Positions 1 to 9,879 of a DNA stretch of 64,000 nt are shown in pieces. Numbering within the stretch: position 1 is the stretch's first letter; the number at the start of each line of letters is the position of its first letter. The position numbers were made by a program, and so were the translations under genes. Origin of the DNA: an uncultured Alphaproteobacteria bacterium (GTDB taxonomy: Bacteria > Pseudomonadota > Alphaproteobacteria > CAWJRW01); the NCBI GenBank assembly GCA_963845385.1, contig CAWJRW010000006.1, positions 1,416,910 through 1,480,909 of the forward strand, given 5' to 3'. The notes below the pieces were generated by a model that made no database searches, was not told the origin of the DNA, and saw only the letters and a list, made by a program, of their open reading frames with translations.

Positions 1-1200
1 GGGATCGAAGGCCTCCTTGACGCGCTTGGTGAGCTGGGCGAGCTCGGCCGCTTCCGGCTGGAAAACGGGCACGGCCTTGCGCACGGCTTCGTCGGCGCGA
101 AAAAGCGTCGCATGGCCCGCAGGCATTGCCGAGCGCGCGGCGCACGATCGCCTCCTCGGCATGGGGCGCCGTGCGCCATCTCGAGCCAGAGGAGACCGCC
201 GCCCCAATCGTAGAACCAGGATTCCGCCCCCGCCGCGGCCGCCACCGCAGGTCCGTCCTTGGGCGCCACCGAAACCCGCCATAGGGGCCGCTCGCTGCCG
301 GCGAAATAGGCGACGTCGCGAATCTCGCGCCACAGCGCTTGGCTGTCTTCTCTGCTTATGACGAAGGTGCCCGACTTGCCGCCGGCGAGCGCGCGGCCGT
401 GACCCTGCGCGCGCAGATCGCTGCGCAACCGCTCGACGCGATGGGTGAGCGCCTTCTCGCTTCCTTCCATGCGCATGAGCGTCGTCGCCGTACCGATCAG
501 GCGTATAGGCGCGACGCTCGAGAGGCCTGCGATGTTTTCGGGCAGATGCGCGGCGGCGGAGACTTCGCAAGGCGACGACAGTCCATCGCGCAGCGCCTGC
601 ACGGCCGTTTGATCGGAAAGCCCCGCGATGACGAGCGTGCGCTCGTCTTCGGCAATCGGCGCGAGCTTCAACGTCACTTCGGTGATGAGCCCGAGCGTGC
701 CGTAAGCGCCCGCCATGAGCTTGGGCAGATCGTAGCCCGTGACGTTCTTCATCACGCGCCCGCCGGACTTGAAGAATTCGCCGCGGCCGTTGATGGCGGC
801 AATTCCGAGCAAATGATCGCGCAGCGCGCCCGCCTTCACGCGCCGCGGGCCCGAGACATTGGCGGCTACGAGGCCGCCGAGCGTCGCCTTCCCCGCCGGC
901 GCGCCCAGGAGCGGCCCGAAATCCGCGGGCTCGAAGGCCAAGCGTCTGCCGATTTTCGGCGAGCAAAGCCTCGATTTCGGCAAGCGGCGTCGCGGCGCCC
1001 GCGCGCAGCACGAGCTCGTCGGGCTCGTAGAGCGTGACGCCCGTGAGCGCGGAGAGATCGAGCATGCAGCTCGCCGCGACGGGACGGCCGAGCGCGAGCT
1101 TGCTGCCGCCCGCGCTGAGGCGCAGCGACGCCCCTTCCGCCGCCGCCCAGGCGACCGCTTCGCGCGCCTCAAGGGCATCGTTGCAGCGCCAGGTCTCCAC
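1..1200 (-). pseudogene. glcE: Glycolate oxidase FAD-binding subunit GlcE. The 3' end runs off the window and the frame is broken at least twice.
   Basis: Reverse-strand translation from GTG at 1200 gives VETWRCNDALEAREAVAWAAAEGASLRLSAGGSKLALGRP...TGYDLPKLMAGAYGTLGLITEVTLKL. At the window edge it reads MPAGHATLFRADEAVRKAVPVFQPEAAELAQLTKRVKEAFDP. It lies directly downstream of glcD. Continuity requires frame switching, and no single ORF covers it in the track. Confidence 0.75.
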
Positions 1201-1220
1201 GTGGCTTGCGTCCGTACTCA

Positions 1221-1403
1221 ATCCGATGTCATCCCGGACGCTAGGCGAGCCCGAAGACCGAAGGTCTTCGGGTTGCGAGCCTTGCGATCCGGGACCCGGG
1301 GCCAAACACGAGAGCGTTGCCCTGGGTCCCGGATAGCTCGCTTTGCCGACGAAAGCGCTCTGCGCTTTCGGGCAAATCGGCTTCCGGGATGACGGTGTCG
1401 GAT
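1221..1403. repeat. Nested imperfect palindromic (REP/MITE-like) intergenic element
   Basis: Outer arms are atccgatgtcatcccgga and tccgggatgacggtgtcggat. Inner arms are gatccgggaccc and gggtcccggat. It fills the glcD-glcE spacer. The gtcatSccgg/ccggSatgac core recurs at 54994-55097. Confidence 0.6.
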
Positions 1404-1419
1404 CAATTGAATTGTGGCC

Positions 1420-2911
1420 TTAAAAGCGCGGCAGGTTCGCGAAAGGCAAGCGGCCGCGATGCACATGCATGCGCCCGAGCTCGACGCAGGAATGGAGCGT
1501 CGGAAACATCTTGCCCGGGATTCAAGCGATGATGCGGATCGAAGGCGCATTTCACGCGTTCCTGCTGGGCGAGATCGTCGTCGTTGAACATGAGCCCCAT
1601 GAGATCGCGCTTCTCGACGCCGACGCCGTGCTCGCCGGTGAGCACGCCGCCCACCTCGACGCAAAGCGTCGAGAATTGCCGCGCCCAGCGCCTCGGCGCG
1701 CTCGGTCTCGCCTTCGCGATTGGCGTCGAACAGGATGAGCGGATGGAGATTGCCGTCGCCCGCGTGGAAGACGTTGACGATGGGAAGGCCCGCTTCCGCC
1801 GCGAGCTTGCCGATGCGCGACAAGCACGGCGGGCAAGGTGCGCCGGGGAATGGTGCCGTCCATGCACAGATAATCGGAGGCGACCTTCGCCACCGCAGGG
1901 AACGCGGCCTTGCGCCCGGCCCAGAAGGCGAGCCGCTCCTCGTCGCTTTCGCTCAAGCGCACGGATGTGGCGCCCGCGCGGCGCGCGATGACGGCGATCT
2001 TCTCCGAAAGCTCGTCCACATCCTCGACGGAGCCGTCGATTTCTGCGATGAGCAGCGCGTCCGCATCGCTCGGGATAGCCCGGCGCGCAATAGGCTTCGA
2101 CCGCACGGAGCGCCGCGCCGTCCATCATTTCCAATCCAGCCGGAATGATGCCCGCCCCGATGATGGCGCCGACGCAAGCCGCCGCGTCCTCCACGCGCGC
2201 AAAGCCCAGAAGCGCCGCGCGCACGCTTTCCGGCTGGCGCAAGATGCGCACCGTGACTTCGGTGACGACGCCGAGCAGGCCTTCAGAGCCCGTCATGACG
2301 CCTAAGAGATCATAGCCGCCGGCGTCGAGATGCTTGCCGCCCAGCCGCACGGTCTCGCCGTTCATGAGCACGACCTCGACGCCCAGCACGTTGTTGGTCG
2401 TGAGACCGTATTTCAAGCAATGCACGCCGCCGGAATTTTCGGCCACGTTGCCGCCGATGGTGCAGGCGACCTGGCTCGAGGGATCGGGCGCGTAATAGAA
2501 GCCCTGTTTCTCCACGGCGGCCGTGATGGCGAGATTGGTGACGCCGGGCTCGACCGTCACGCAGCGATTGTCGAGATCGATGTCGAGAATGCGCTTGAGC
2601 TTGGTGAGCGAGAGCACGATGCCGTCGGCGAGCGGCAGCGCGCCGCCCGAGACGCCCGTGCCTGCGCCGCGCGGCACCACCTTGACGCCGAGCCTGTTGC
2701 ACAGGCGCAGAACCTCGCGCACCTCGTCGCGGCTCTTGGGCAAGGCCACCGCGAGCGGGGTCTGACGGTAGAGCGTCAAGCCGTCGAAGGCGAAAGCTTC
2801 GAGGCGCGCTTCGTCCTCGACCAGGTCTTCGGGGCTCAGGATTTGCCGGAGCGCCGCGCACAGCTCATCGCGGCGCAAGAGAACAGACGGATCGGGCGCG
2901 GGCATTTTCAT
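1420..2911 (-). pseudogene. glcD: Glycolate oxidase subunit GlcD (FAD-linked oxidase), with at least 4 frame breaks
   Basis: The N-terminal 270 aa of ORF 1403..2911 is a typical FAD_binding_4 domain (VVPRGAGTGVSGGALP, GGNVAENSGGVHCLKYG). The sequence continues in ORF 1552..2106 (ADALLIAEIDGS...DYLCMDGTIPR), then ORF 1218..1823 (VFHAGDGNLHPLILFD), then back (GGVLTGEHGVGVEKRDLM). The expected C-terminus NPGKMFPTLHSC...ANLPRF ends at TAA 1420 in yet another frame. Confidence 0.85.
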
Positions 2912-2968
2912 GGCCGCACTCCCCTTGGCACCGGCGCGCGGCGCATTGCCTGCGCGCGCCGGAGCGGC

Positions 2969-3094
2969 TCAGCCTTGACGGGCCTTGTAGCGCCGCTTGA
3001 CCTTGTTGATGACATAGACCCGGCCGCGGCGGCGAATGACGCGGCAGTCCTTGTCGCGCTTCTTGAGGCTGCGCAGAGAATTGCGGATTTTCAT
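2969..3094 (-). CDS. rpmJ: 50S ribosomal protein L36
   Basis: Not in the ORF track because it is under 60 aa. Reverse translation gives [41 protein letters not shown] followed by a stop. That is 41 aa of the characteristic L36 sequence. Confidence 0.9.
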   Translation of the reverse strand: MKIRNSLRSLKKRDKDCRVIRRRGRVYVINKVKRRYKARQG

Positions 3095-3388
3095 CGACTT
3101 TCGAGGCCTCGCGCGCGGCGGCTCGTGCTTGGGCGGGCGACCTTATGGAGCGGCCTTCCGAGTGTCAACAGCGGGCCGGACGTGGCATCCTCGCGCATTC
3201 CGGCGAGGCCAAAAAGCGCACTCAGTGCGTAGTTTGGGGCTGGAGGAGCAAAGGCCGTCCCGGCATTGTGCGTCCTCCCGGATCGGCTAACGTGCCGCGA
3301 GCCGCCCTGCGCGTCATCGGGCGAGACGGATGAAGAAAGAGGATCGGCTCCTTCGCGTGCCAGATACTCCGTATACGGAATATTAGCC

Positions 3389-4399
3389 ATGAGTTTTCGC
3401 GCCGTCGTGTTCGTTGCCACAAGCCTCCTCACGGCGTTGTTGGCCGGGGGACAGACGCTCGCCGCGCAGCGCATCACTTTCGCCACGGACTGGAGGGCGC
3501 AGGCCGAGCAAGGGGGCTTCTACCAGGCCGTCGCCGAAGGGCTTTATGCCGCGCGCGGACTCGAGGTCGAGATCAAGCAAGGGGGTGCTGCCGTCAACGT
3601 GCCGCAGCTCGTGGCCGCGGGCGCCGTCGATTTCGGCATGGGCTCGAACAGCTTCATTCCCCTCAATCTCGTGGCCGCGGGCGCGAAAGTGAAAGCCGTG
3701 ATGGCGTCCTTCCAGAAGGACCCGCAGGTGCTCATCACCCATCAGCGCGCGGACATAAGGTCGATCGCCGACATGAAGGGCAAGCCGATCATGGTCTCGG
3801 ACGCGACGATCAGCGCCTTCTGGGTGTGGCTGCGCGCGAAATACGGCTTCGACGACCGCCAGATCCGCAAATACACCTTCAACCTCGCGCCGTTTCTCGT
3901 CGACAAGAACGCGATCCAGCAGGGCTATCTCACCTCCGAGCCCTATCTCATCGAGCGCGAGACAAAGAAGAAGCCGAAGGTCTTTCTGCTCGCCGATGCG
4001 GGCTATCCGAGCTATGCCGCCATGGTCTTGGTGCCGGAGCGCTGGATCACGAAGAAGCCGAAGCTCGTGCAGGCTTTCGTCGATGCGACCATCGAGGGCT
4101 GGACGCATTATCTCTACGGCGACCCCGAGCCCGGCAACAAGCTCATCCGCGCCGCCAATCCCGAGATGACAGACGATGTCATCGCGCAAGCGATCGAGAA
4201 GATGCGCAGCTTTGGCATTGTCGATTTGGGCGATGCGAAAAAGCTCGGCATCGGCGCCATGACCGACGCGCGCTGGACGCTCTTCTTCGACACCATGGCG
4301 GCGCAGGGCGTCTACGCGCCCGAGCTTCCCTATCGCAACGCCTACACGCTCGCCTTCATCGGCCATGGCAAGCCCAAGGATTCCGCGGAGCCCCGCTGA
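3389..4399 (+). CDS. ABC transporter periplasmic substrate-binding protein (NMT1/THI5-like, NitT/TauT family)
   Basis: Within ORF 3266..4399. The internal ATG at 3389 gives the signal peptide MSFRAVVFVATSLLTALLAGGQTLAA followed by ITFATDWRAQAEQGGFYQAV. It is followed by a cognate ATPase and permease. The substrate is unknown. Confidence 0.8.
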   Translation: MSFRAVVFVATSLLTALLAGGQTLAAQRITFATDWRAQAEQGGFYQAVAEGLYAARGLEVEIKQGGAAVNVPQLVAAGAVDFGMGSNSFIPLNLVAAGAKVKAVMASFQKDPQVLITHQRADIRSIADMKGKPIMVSDATISAFWVWLRAKYGFDDRQIRKYTFNLAPFLVDKNAIQQGYLTSEPYLIERETKKKPKVFLLADAGYPSYAAMVLVPERWITKKPKLVQAFVDATIEGWTHYLYGDPEPGNKLIRAANPEMTDDVIAQAIEKMRSFGIVDLGDAKKLGIGAMTDARWTLFFDTMAAQGVYAPELPYRNAYTLAFIGHGKPKDSAEPR

Positions 4400-5197
4400 A
4401 TGGCGCGAGACGCGGCCGATGCGCTGGTCGAGCTTAAAGCCGTGGCGCGGCGCTTCGAGTCCGGTCTCGTGGCCCTCGAAGCGATCGATCTGAAACTGTC
4501 GCGCAAGGGCTTCACCGCCATCGTCGGTCCGTCCGGCTGCGGCAAGAGCACGCTGTTGCGTTTGCTCGCAGGGCTCCTTGCGCCGAGCGCGGGCGAGATC
4601 GTCTGGGCCGAACAGAAGCCGCGCATCGGCATCGTCTTCCAAGAGCCGACGCTCATGCCCTGGGCGCGCGCGCTGGACAATGTCGCCCTGCCGCTGTCGC
4701 TCGCGCGCGTGCGGCGCGCCGAAGCGCGCGAGCGCGCGACGTCCATGCTCGCGCGCGTGGGGCTCCACGAGTTTGCTTACGCTTTCCCACGCGAGCTTTC
4801 CGGCGGCATGAAGATGCGCACGGCGCTCGCGCGCGCGCTCGTCACGACGCCGCACCTTCTCCTCTTGGACGAGCCTTTCGCGGCGCTCGACGAAATCACG
4901 CGCAGCGCGCTCAATCGCGATTTGCTGGCGCTGTGGGGCGAGCGCCAAGGCTCGGTCGTTTTCGTCACCCACAGCGTCTTCGAAGCGGTGTTCCTGGCCG
5001 AGCAGGTCTTTGTCATGACGCCGCGCCCCGGCCGCTTCATCGCCGAGATCGCGGTCGAAGCGCCCTATCCGCGCAGCGACAGCTTCCGCCTCAGTCCCGA
5101 ATTCGCCGAATGCGCGCGTCGCGTCAGCGCCGCGCTCGCGCAAGGCATGCAACAGGGCATCGAGGAACAGTCTCGTGCAGCAGAAACGATGGCTTGA
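4400..5197 (+). CDS. ABC transporter ATP-binding protein (NitT/TauT family)
   Basis: Walker A is GPSGCGKST, the signature is LSGGMKMR and Walker B is LLLLDEPFAALD. The start abuts the stop of the binding-protein gene. Confidence 0.9.
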   Translation: MARDAADALVELKAVARRFESGLVALEAIDLKLSRKGFTAIVGPSGCGKSTLLRLLAGLLAPSAGEIVWAEQKPRIGIVFQEPTLMPWARALDNVALPLSLARVRRAEARERATSMLARVGLHEFAYAFPRELSGGMKMRTALARALVTTPHLLLLDEPFAALDEITRSALNRDLLALWGERQGSVVFVTHSVFEAVFLAEQVFVMTPRPGRFIAEIAVEAPYPRSDSFRLSPEFAECARRVSAALAQGMQQGIEEQSRAAETMA

Positions 5198-5978
5198 GCA
5201 AACGCTCCGGTATGCGCTTCCGCTCATCGTCGCAGCGGCGGTGATTGCCGGCTGGGAATGGGTTGTCCGGATTCGGCACATTCCGATCTTCGTTCTGCCG
5301 CCGCCCTCGGCCATCGCGCAAAGCCTGTGGCAGGACTTTCCCTCGCTCGCGCTTTCGGCTTGGGCGACGCTGCGCATGACGCTCGGCGCGTTCGCGCTCG
5401 CCGTGGCAAGTGGGCTGACGCTTGCCATCCTCTTCGCCCACAGCCGCGCCGTGGAACGGGCGCTCGCGCCTTATGCCGCGATCCTTCAGGTGACGCCGGT
5501 GGTCGCCATCGCGCCGCTCGTCGTCATCTGGGTGGGCTACGACCGGGTGGAGCTTGCGGTTCTCATCCTCGCCTGGATCGTCGCTTTCTTTCCGGTGCTC
5601 GCGAGCGCGACGGTCGGCTTGCGCTCGGCCGACCGCAATCTCCTCGATCTCTTCCGGCTTTACGGCGCGAGCCCCTGGCAACGATTCGCCCGCCTCGAGA
5701 TCATGAGCGCACTGCCCTACCTCTTGAGCGGCATGAAGGTGGCGGGCGGGCTGGCGCTCATCGGCGCCGTGGTGGCGGAGTTCGCCGCGGGCTCCGGCAC
5801 CGCGACGGGGCTTGCCTGGCGCATCGTCGAAGCCGGAAACCGGCTGCAAATCGCGCGCATGTTCGCGGCCCTCGTGCTCTTGGCGGCGCTCGGCGTCGCG
5901 ATCTATGCGAGCCTCTCCTTCCTCGAGCACCAGCTTCTCAAGCGCTGGCACGAGAGCGCGCGCCCGCACGACCGTTGA
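5175..5978 (+). CDS. ABC transporter permease (BPD_transp_1 type)
   Basis: A 267 aa hydrophobic ORF that overlaps the ATPase gene by 23 nt. It has a typical EAA-loop region (ASPWQRFARLEIMSALPYLLSGMKVAGGLAL). Confidence 0.85.
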   Translation: MQQKRWLEQTLRYALPLIVAAAVIAGWEWVVRIRHIPIFVLPPPSAIAQSLWQDFPSLALSAWATLRMTLGAFALAVASGLTLAILFAHSRAVERALAPYAAILQVTPVVAIAPLVVIWVGYDRVELAVLILAWIVAFFPVLASATVGLRSADRNLLDLFRLYGASPWQRFARLEIMSALPYLLSGMKVAGGLALIGAVVAEFAAGSGTATGLAWRIVEAGNRLQIARMFAALVLLAALGVAIYASLSFLEHQLLKRWHESARPHDR

Positions 5979-6453
5979 GCGTCGAGCACGCCCCGCCTGG
6001 CCGTTCAGCTTGGGTTCAGGCGCGCTTCCCATAATCGCGTCACGCCATTGGATGCTGCGGTCGAACATTCGAGCCGTAAAGGCCGTGCCGCAGATTTCCG
6101 CATGGCGGCGTTTGGGTGGCCCGACGGATCGGCCGTCCCGAAACGGACCGGTAAGGCGCAGGTGGGTGGACAGTGGCAGCGTAGCGGCCGGGTAGGCCGA
6201 GTGGAGAGTTCGGGTTCCGCGAGAACCACCCTGGCAGCGGACGTGGATCAGGTCACGTGCTGCCGATGTTCCAACGGTTCGGATCGAAACTATGCGTCGG
6301 CTCAGCGTCGTCGGCCGCTTCTGTGCGGCCAAAAGTCTCACACGAATTCGGCATCCCGCCCATCGCGACGCCAATCCGTCACCGCCTCCGTCTTCGCGCG
6401 CGCCTTCATCCTCTGTTCATCTTGCCTGCTCCAGAGAGAGCTGACGTCTCGCC

Positions 6454-9057
6454 ATGCGTACACTCGCAGCCCTCGCCATCACCACCGCCCTCGTCATTCT
6501 GGTCTGGGCCTTCCTCGACCGGCCCGTCGCCGCGCCGGAATGGACAGGCACGCTGCGCGGCGTGTCCTACAGCGCGAGCCATCTTTTCACACGGGAGGAG
6601 CACGACTTCGTCTCCGAGGAGCGCATCCGGGCGGACCTGACGCAGCTCTCGGCCATCACGAAGCATGTGCGCACCTATACGGTCTCGGACGGAATGGACA
6701 AGGTGCCGGAGGTCGCGGCGCGTCTCGACATGAAGGTGTCGCTCGGCATCTGGCTCACTGGCGACAAAGAGGCCAACACGCGCGAGATGGCGAAAGCCAT
6801 TGCCGTGATTCGCGCGCATCCGCGGACGATCGACCGCGTGTTCGTCGGAAACGAGGCGATTTTGCGCGGCGATCTCACGGTCGACGAGCTCGACGCCTAT
6901 ATCCTCAAGGTCCAGCGCTCGATTCCGAACCGCGTCCGGGTCTCCACGGCGGAGACGTGGAGCAGCTGGTATGCGAACCCCGAGCTTGCGCGCCATGTGG
7001 ACTTCGTCGCGGCGCACATCCTGCCCTACTGGGAAGGCGTGCCGCTGCGCGATGCCATGGATTTCATCGCCGAAAAACACGATCTGCTGGAAAGCAAATT
7101 CCCCCGCCTGCCGATCGTCATCGGCGAGGCGGGCTGGCCGTCCGAGGGCCGCATCCGGCGCGGCGCCGTGCCGGGCGCGGCCGCCGAAGCCGCGTTCATC
7201 CGCCGCTTCGTCTCTTTGGCCGACAGAAACGGCTACGACTATTACGTCATCGAAGCCTACGATCAGCCTTGGAAGGCCGAGAGCGAAGGCACGGTCGGTG
7301 CCTATTGGGGCATGTTCGACGCGGCGGCTGCGCCCAAATTCGCTTTCACCGGCGCGATCACGTCTCTTCCGGGCTGGCCATCCCTGGCTTTCGTCTCGGT
7401 GATCTTGACGCTGATCGCGGGCGCCTTGCTGCTCAAGTTCGCGCCCCATCTGCCGTTCCGCGGCAAGGCCTTTCTCGCGGGCCTCGCGGGCGCGCTCGCC
7501 ACCGGCGCCACGGCCGTGGGCTCGAGCGCGGCGCTCGAATATGCGGATTTCTGGACGTATTCCGTGTTCTTCATCGTGGTGCCGGTCGCCTCGCTCGCCG
7601 TCGCCGTCATCATCTCCGAAAGCGTCGAGCTCGCGCACGCCTTGTGGCGCACGGTGCGCCGCGCCAAGACGCCGCCCGCGCCGGAGTTTGCACCGCGGCC
7701 CAAGGTCTCGATCCATGTGCCCTGCTACAACGAGCCGCCGGGCATGGTGATCGAGACTTTGAACGCGCTGGCCGCGCTCGACTACCGGGATTACGAAGTC
7801 ATCGTGCTCGACAACAACACGAAGGACGAGGCCGTGTGGCGGCCGGTGGAAGGCCATTGCGCTTTCCTCGGGCCGCGCTTCCGCTTCTTCCATTTGGACA
7901 ACGTCAAGGGCTTCAAGGCGGGCGCGCTCAACGCGGCGCTCAAGCGCACCGATCCGCGCGCCGAGGTCGTGGCCGTCATCGACAGCGACTATCAGGTGAA
8001 TTCCGACTGGCTCAAGATTGCGACGCCGTACTTCGCCGACCCGAAGATCGCGCTGGTGCAGGCGCCGCAAGACTACCGCGATCACAAGGAATCGCTCTTC
8101 AAGGCGATGTGCTGTCAGGAATACAGCGGCTTCTTCCGCATCGGCATGGTCGAGCGCGACGAGGACAACGCCATCATCCAGCACGGCACGATGACGCTCG
8201 TGCGCAAGTCCGCGCTCGAGGCGGCGGGGGGCTGGGCGGAATGGTGCATCACCGAAGATTCCGAGCTCGGCCTCAAGCTGTTCGAGAGCGGCAACGAAGC
8301 GGTCTATATCGACCAGAGTCTCGGCCGCGGGCTCATGCCCGATACGCTCGCCGCCTTCAAGAGCCAGCGTTACCGCTGGGCCTATGGCGCGATCCAGATT
8401 CTCAAGCGCCATGCGCGCGCGCTCTTTCTCGGCGGCACGCGGCTCACGCTCGCGCAGCGCTATCATTTCGTCGCGGGATGGCTGCCGTGGCTCGCCGACG
8501 CGCTGTCGCTCGTCTTCACGGTGGGCGCGCTGGTGTGGACCGTGCTCATGGCGATCGCGCCCCGGCATTTCGACCTGCCCATGGCCTCGCTCACCTCCAT
8601 CGCGCTGGCGCTCTTCTTCGCCAAGACGCTCAAGACTTTCGTCGTCTATCGCTATCGCGTGAGCCCCAGGCTGCGCGACGCGGCGGCGGCGGCCATCGCG
8701 GGGCTCGCGCTCTCGCACACCGTGGGCAAAGCGGTGCTCACCGGCGTCGTCACCTCGCGCAAGCCCTTCCTGCGCACGCCGAAATGCGAAGTCGTGGCGC
8801 CTTTGCGCCAGGCGCTGGCGAGCGCCTCCGAGGAGGTTCTGTATCTCGTTGCGCTGTGGACGGCGATCGGCGGAACCATCATGTCCTGGGGCTTCGAAGA
8901 GCCCTTGGCGTGGCTGTGGATGGTGATGCTCGCCGTGCAATCGCTGCCGTTCCTCTCCACGGTGGCGATGGCGTGGCTGTCGGCGCGCGCGCTCGCACGC
9001 GCCAGGCCCGCGCTCGCGGCGCGGGAAAGCCTGCTCACCGATCGCTTGGCTGCTTAA
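6454..9057 (+). CDS. Bifunctional GH17 glucanosyl-hydrolase/transferase fused to a family-2 glycosyltransferase. This is an NdvB-like beta-1,3-glucan synthase architecture.
   Basis: An intact 867 aa ORF. The N-terminal 300 aa has GH17-like motifs (VFVGNEAILRGD, IVIGEAGWPSEG). A TM block follows, then a GT2 core (VSIHVPCYNEP, VIDSDY, QAPQDYRD, ITEDSELG, QRYRWAYG) and C-terminal TM helices. Confidence 0.8.
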   Translation: MRTLAALAITTALVILVWAFLDRPVAAPEWTGTLRGVSYSASHLFTREEHDFVSEERIRADLTQLSAITKHVRTYTVSDGMDKVPEVAARLDMKVSLGIWLTGDKEANTREMAKAIAVIRAHPRTIDRVFVGNEAILRGDLTVDELDAYILKVQRSIPNRVRVSTAETWSSWYANPELARHVDFVAAHILPYWEGVPLRDAMDFIAEKHDLLESKFPRLPIVIGEAGWPSEGRIRRGAVPGAAAEAAFIRRFVSLADRNGYDYYVIEAYDQPWKAESEGTVGAYWGMFDAAAAPKFAFTGAITSLPGWPSLAFVSVILTLIAGALLLKFAPHLPFRGKAFLAGLAGALATGATAVGSSAALEYADFWTYSVFFIVVPVASLAVAVIISESVELAHALWRTVRRAKTPPAPEFAPRPKVSIHVPCYNEPPGMVIETLNALAALDYRDYEVIVLDNNTKDEAVWRPVEGHCAFLGPRFRFFHLDNVKGFKAGALNAALKRTDPRAEVVAVIDSDYQVNSDWLKIATPYFADPKIALVQAPQDYRDHKESLFKAMCCQEYSGFFRIGMVERDEDNAIIQHGTMTLVRKSALEAAGGWAEWCITEDSELGLKLFESGNEAVYIDQSLGRGLMPDTLAAFKSQRYRWAYGAIQILKRHARALFLGGTRLTLAQRYHFVAGWLPWLADALSLVFTVGALVWTVLMAIAPRHFDLPMASLTSIALALFFAKTLKTFVVYRYRVSPRLRDAAAAAIAGLALSHTVGKAVLTGVVTSRKPFLRTPKCEVVAPLRQALASASEEVLYLVALWTAIGGTIMSWGFEEPLAWLWMVMLAVQSLPFLSTVAMAWLSARALARARPALAARESLLTDRLAA

Positions 9058-9066
9058 TCGTCAGGT

Positions 9067-9879
9067 TCAGGCGCGCGACGAGCGCAATTGATCGCGGGCC
9101 ACGATGAGGCTGCCGATCAAGGCCGCCGCCGCGACGGCCGTAATGAGGATCGTCGCGAGCGCATTGATCTCGGGCTTCACGCCCAGACGCACCGAAGAGA
9201 ACACCGCCATGGGCAGCGTGGTCGCCCCCGGCCCCGAGACAAAGCTCGCGATGACGAGATCGTCGAGCGACAACGTGAAGGCAAGCAGAAAACCCGACAG
9301 AATCGCGGGCGCGAGCAGCGGCACCGTGATCACCATCAAGACTTTGAACGGCCGCGCGCCGAGATCCATGGCCGCTTCCTCGACCGCGCGGTTGAGGCCG
9401 ATGAGACGCGCCTGCACGATGAGCGCCACGTAACAAAGGCCGAAGGTCGTGTGCGCGAGCACGATGGTCATGGCGCCGCGCTTGGCCGGAAAGCCGATCG
9501 CCTGTTGCATCGCCACGAACAGCAAGAGCAAGGAGATGCCGAGCACGACTTCCGGCAGCACCAGCGGGCCCGCGATCAAGGTGTTGAAGAGGCGCCGCCC
9601 GGGAAAGCGCCCGCCCCGTGCAAGGGCGATCCCCGCGAGCGTTCCGAACAACGCCGAGAGCGCGCCCGCCATGGCCGCCAGGCGCAAAGAGAGAAAGGCC
9701 GCGCCGAGCAGCGCTTCGTCGTGGAAGAGCACGCCGTACCACTTGGTGGAAAAGCCCGACCAGACGGTGACGAGGCGGCCCTCATTGAACGAATAGATGA
9801 TGAGAATGAGAATCGGCACATAGAGAAAGACGAAGCCCGCCGCGAGCACGCTCGCCAAGGCGACGCTCCGCCAATTCAT
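9067..9879 (-). CDS. Polyamine (spermidine/putrescine) ABC transporter permease, PotC/PotI family
   Basis: An intact 270 aa ORF with typical PotC features (YVPILILIIYSFN, EEAAMDLGARPFKV). It is the last gene of a four-gene pot-like operon. Confidence 0.85.
   Translation of the reverse strand: MNWRSVALASVLAAGFVFLYVPILILIIYSFNEGRLVTVWSGFSTKWYGVLFHDEALLGAAFLSLRLAAMAGALSALFGTLAGIALARGGRFPGRRLFNTLIAGPLVLPEVVLGISLLLLFVAMQQAIGFPAKRGAMTIVLAHTTFGLCYVALIVQARLIGLNRAVEEAAMDLGARPFKVLMVITVPLLAPAILSGFLLAFTLSLDDLVIASFVSGPGATTLPMAVFSSVRLGVKPEINALATILITAVAAAALIGSLIVARDQLRSSRA

Noticed and set aside
3095-3388. A second TPP riboswitch upstream of the NMT1/THI5-like binding-protein gene
   Set aside because: The CUGAGA and ACCCUU-GAACCUGAUC-GG-UAAUGCC core, which is obvious at 31395-31515, could not be found on either strand here.
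6150-6270. A cobalamin riboswitch on the minus strand, prompted by a GCCACTG (B12-box-like) string
   Set aside because: The flanking conserved elements (AAGGGAA...GGTG...CCG core and the rest of the B12 box) are absent. The orientation does not precede any B12-related gene.
6048-9107. Very long ORFs overlapping or antisense to the genes called. Examples are 6048..9107 (+, 1019 aa), 6406..8940 (-, 844 aa), 3383..5428 (-, 681 aa), 47660..49948 (-, 762 aa), 11310..13031 (+, 573 aa), 40033..41649 (-, 538 aa) and 50151..51389 (-, 412 aa).
   Set aside because: Their translations are Arg/Ala/Gly/Pro/His-rich low-complexity strings with no motifs. This is typical of stop-poor shadow frames in high-GC DNA. 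In each case another frame at the same locus gives a clearly homologous protein.
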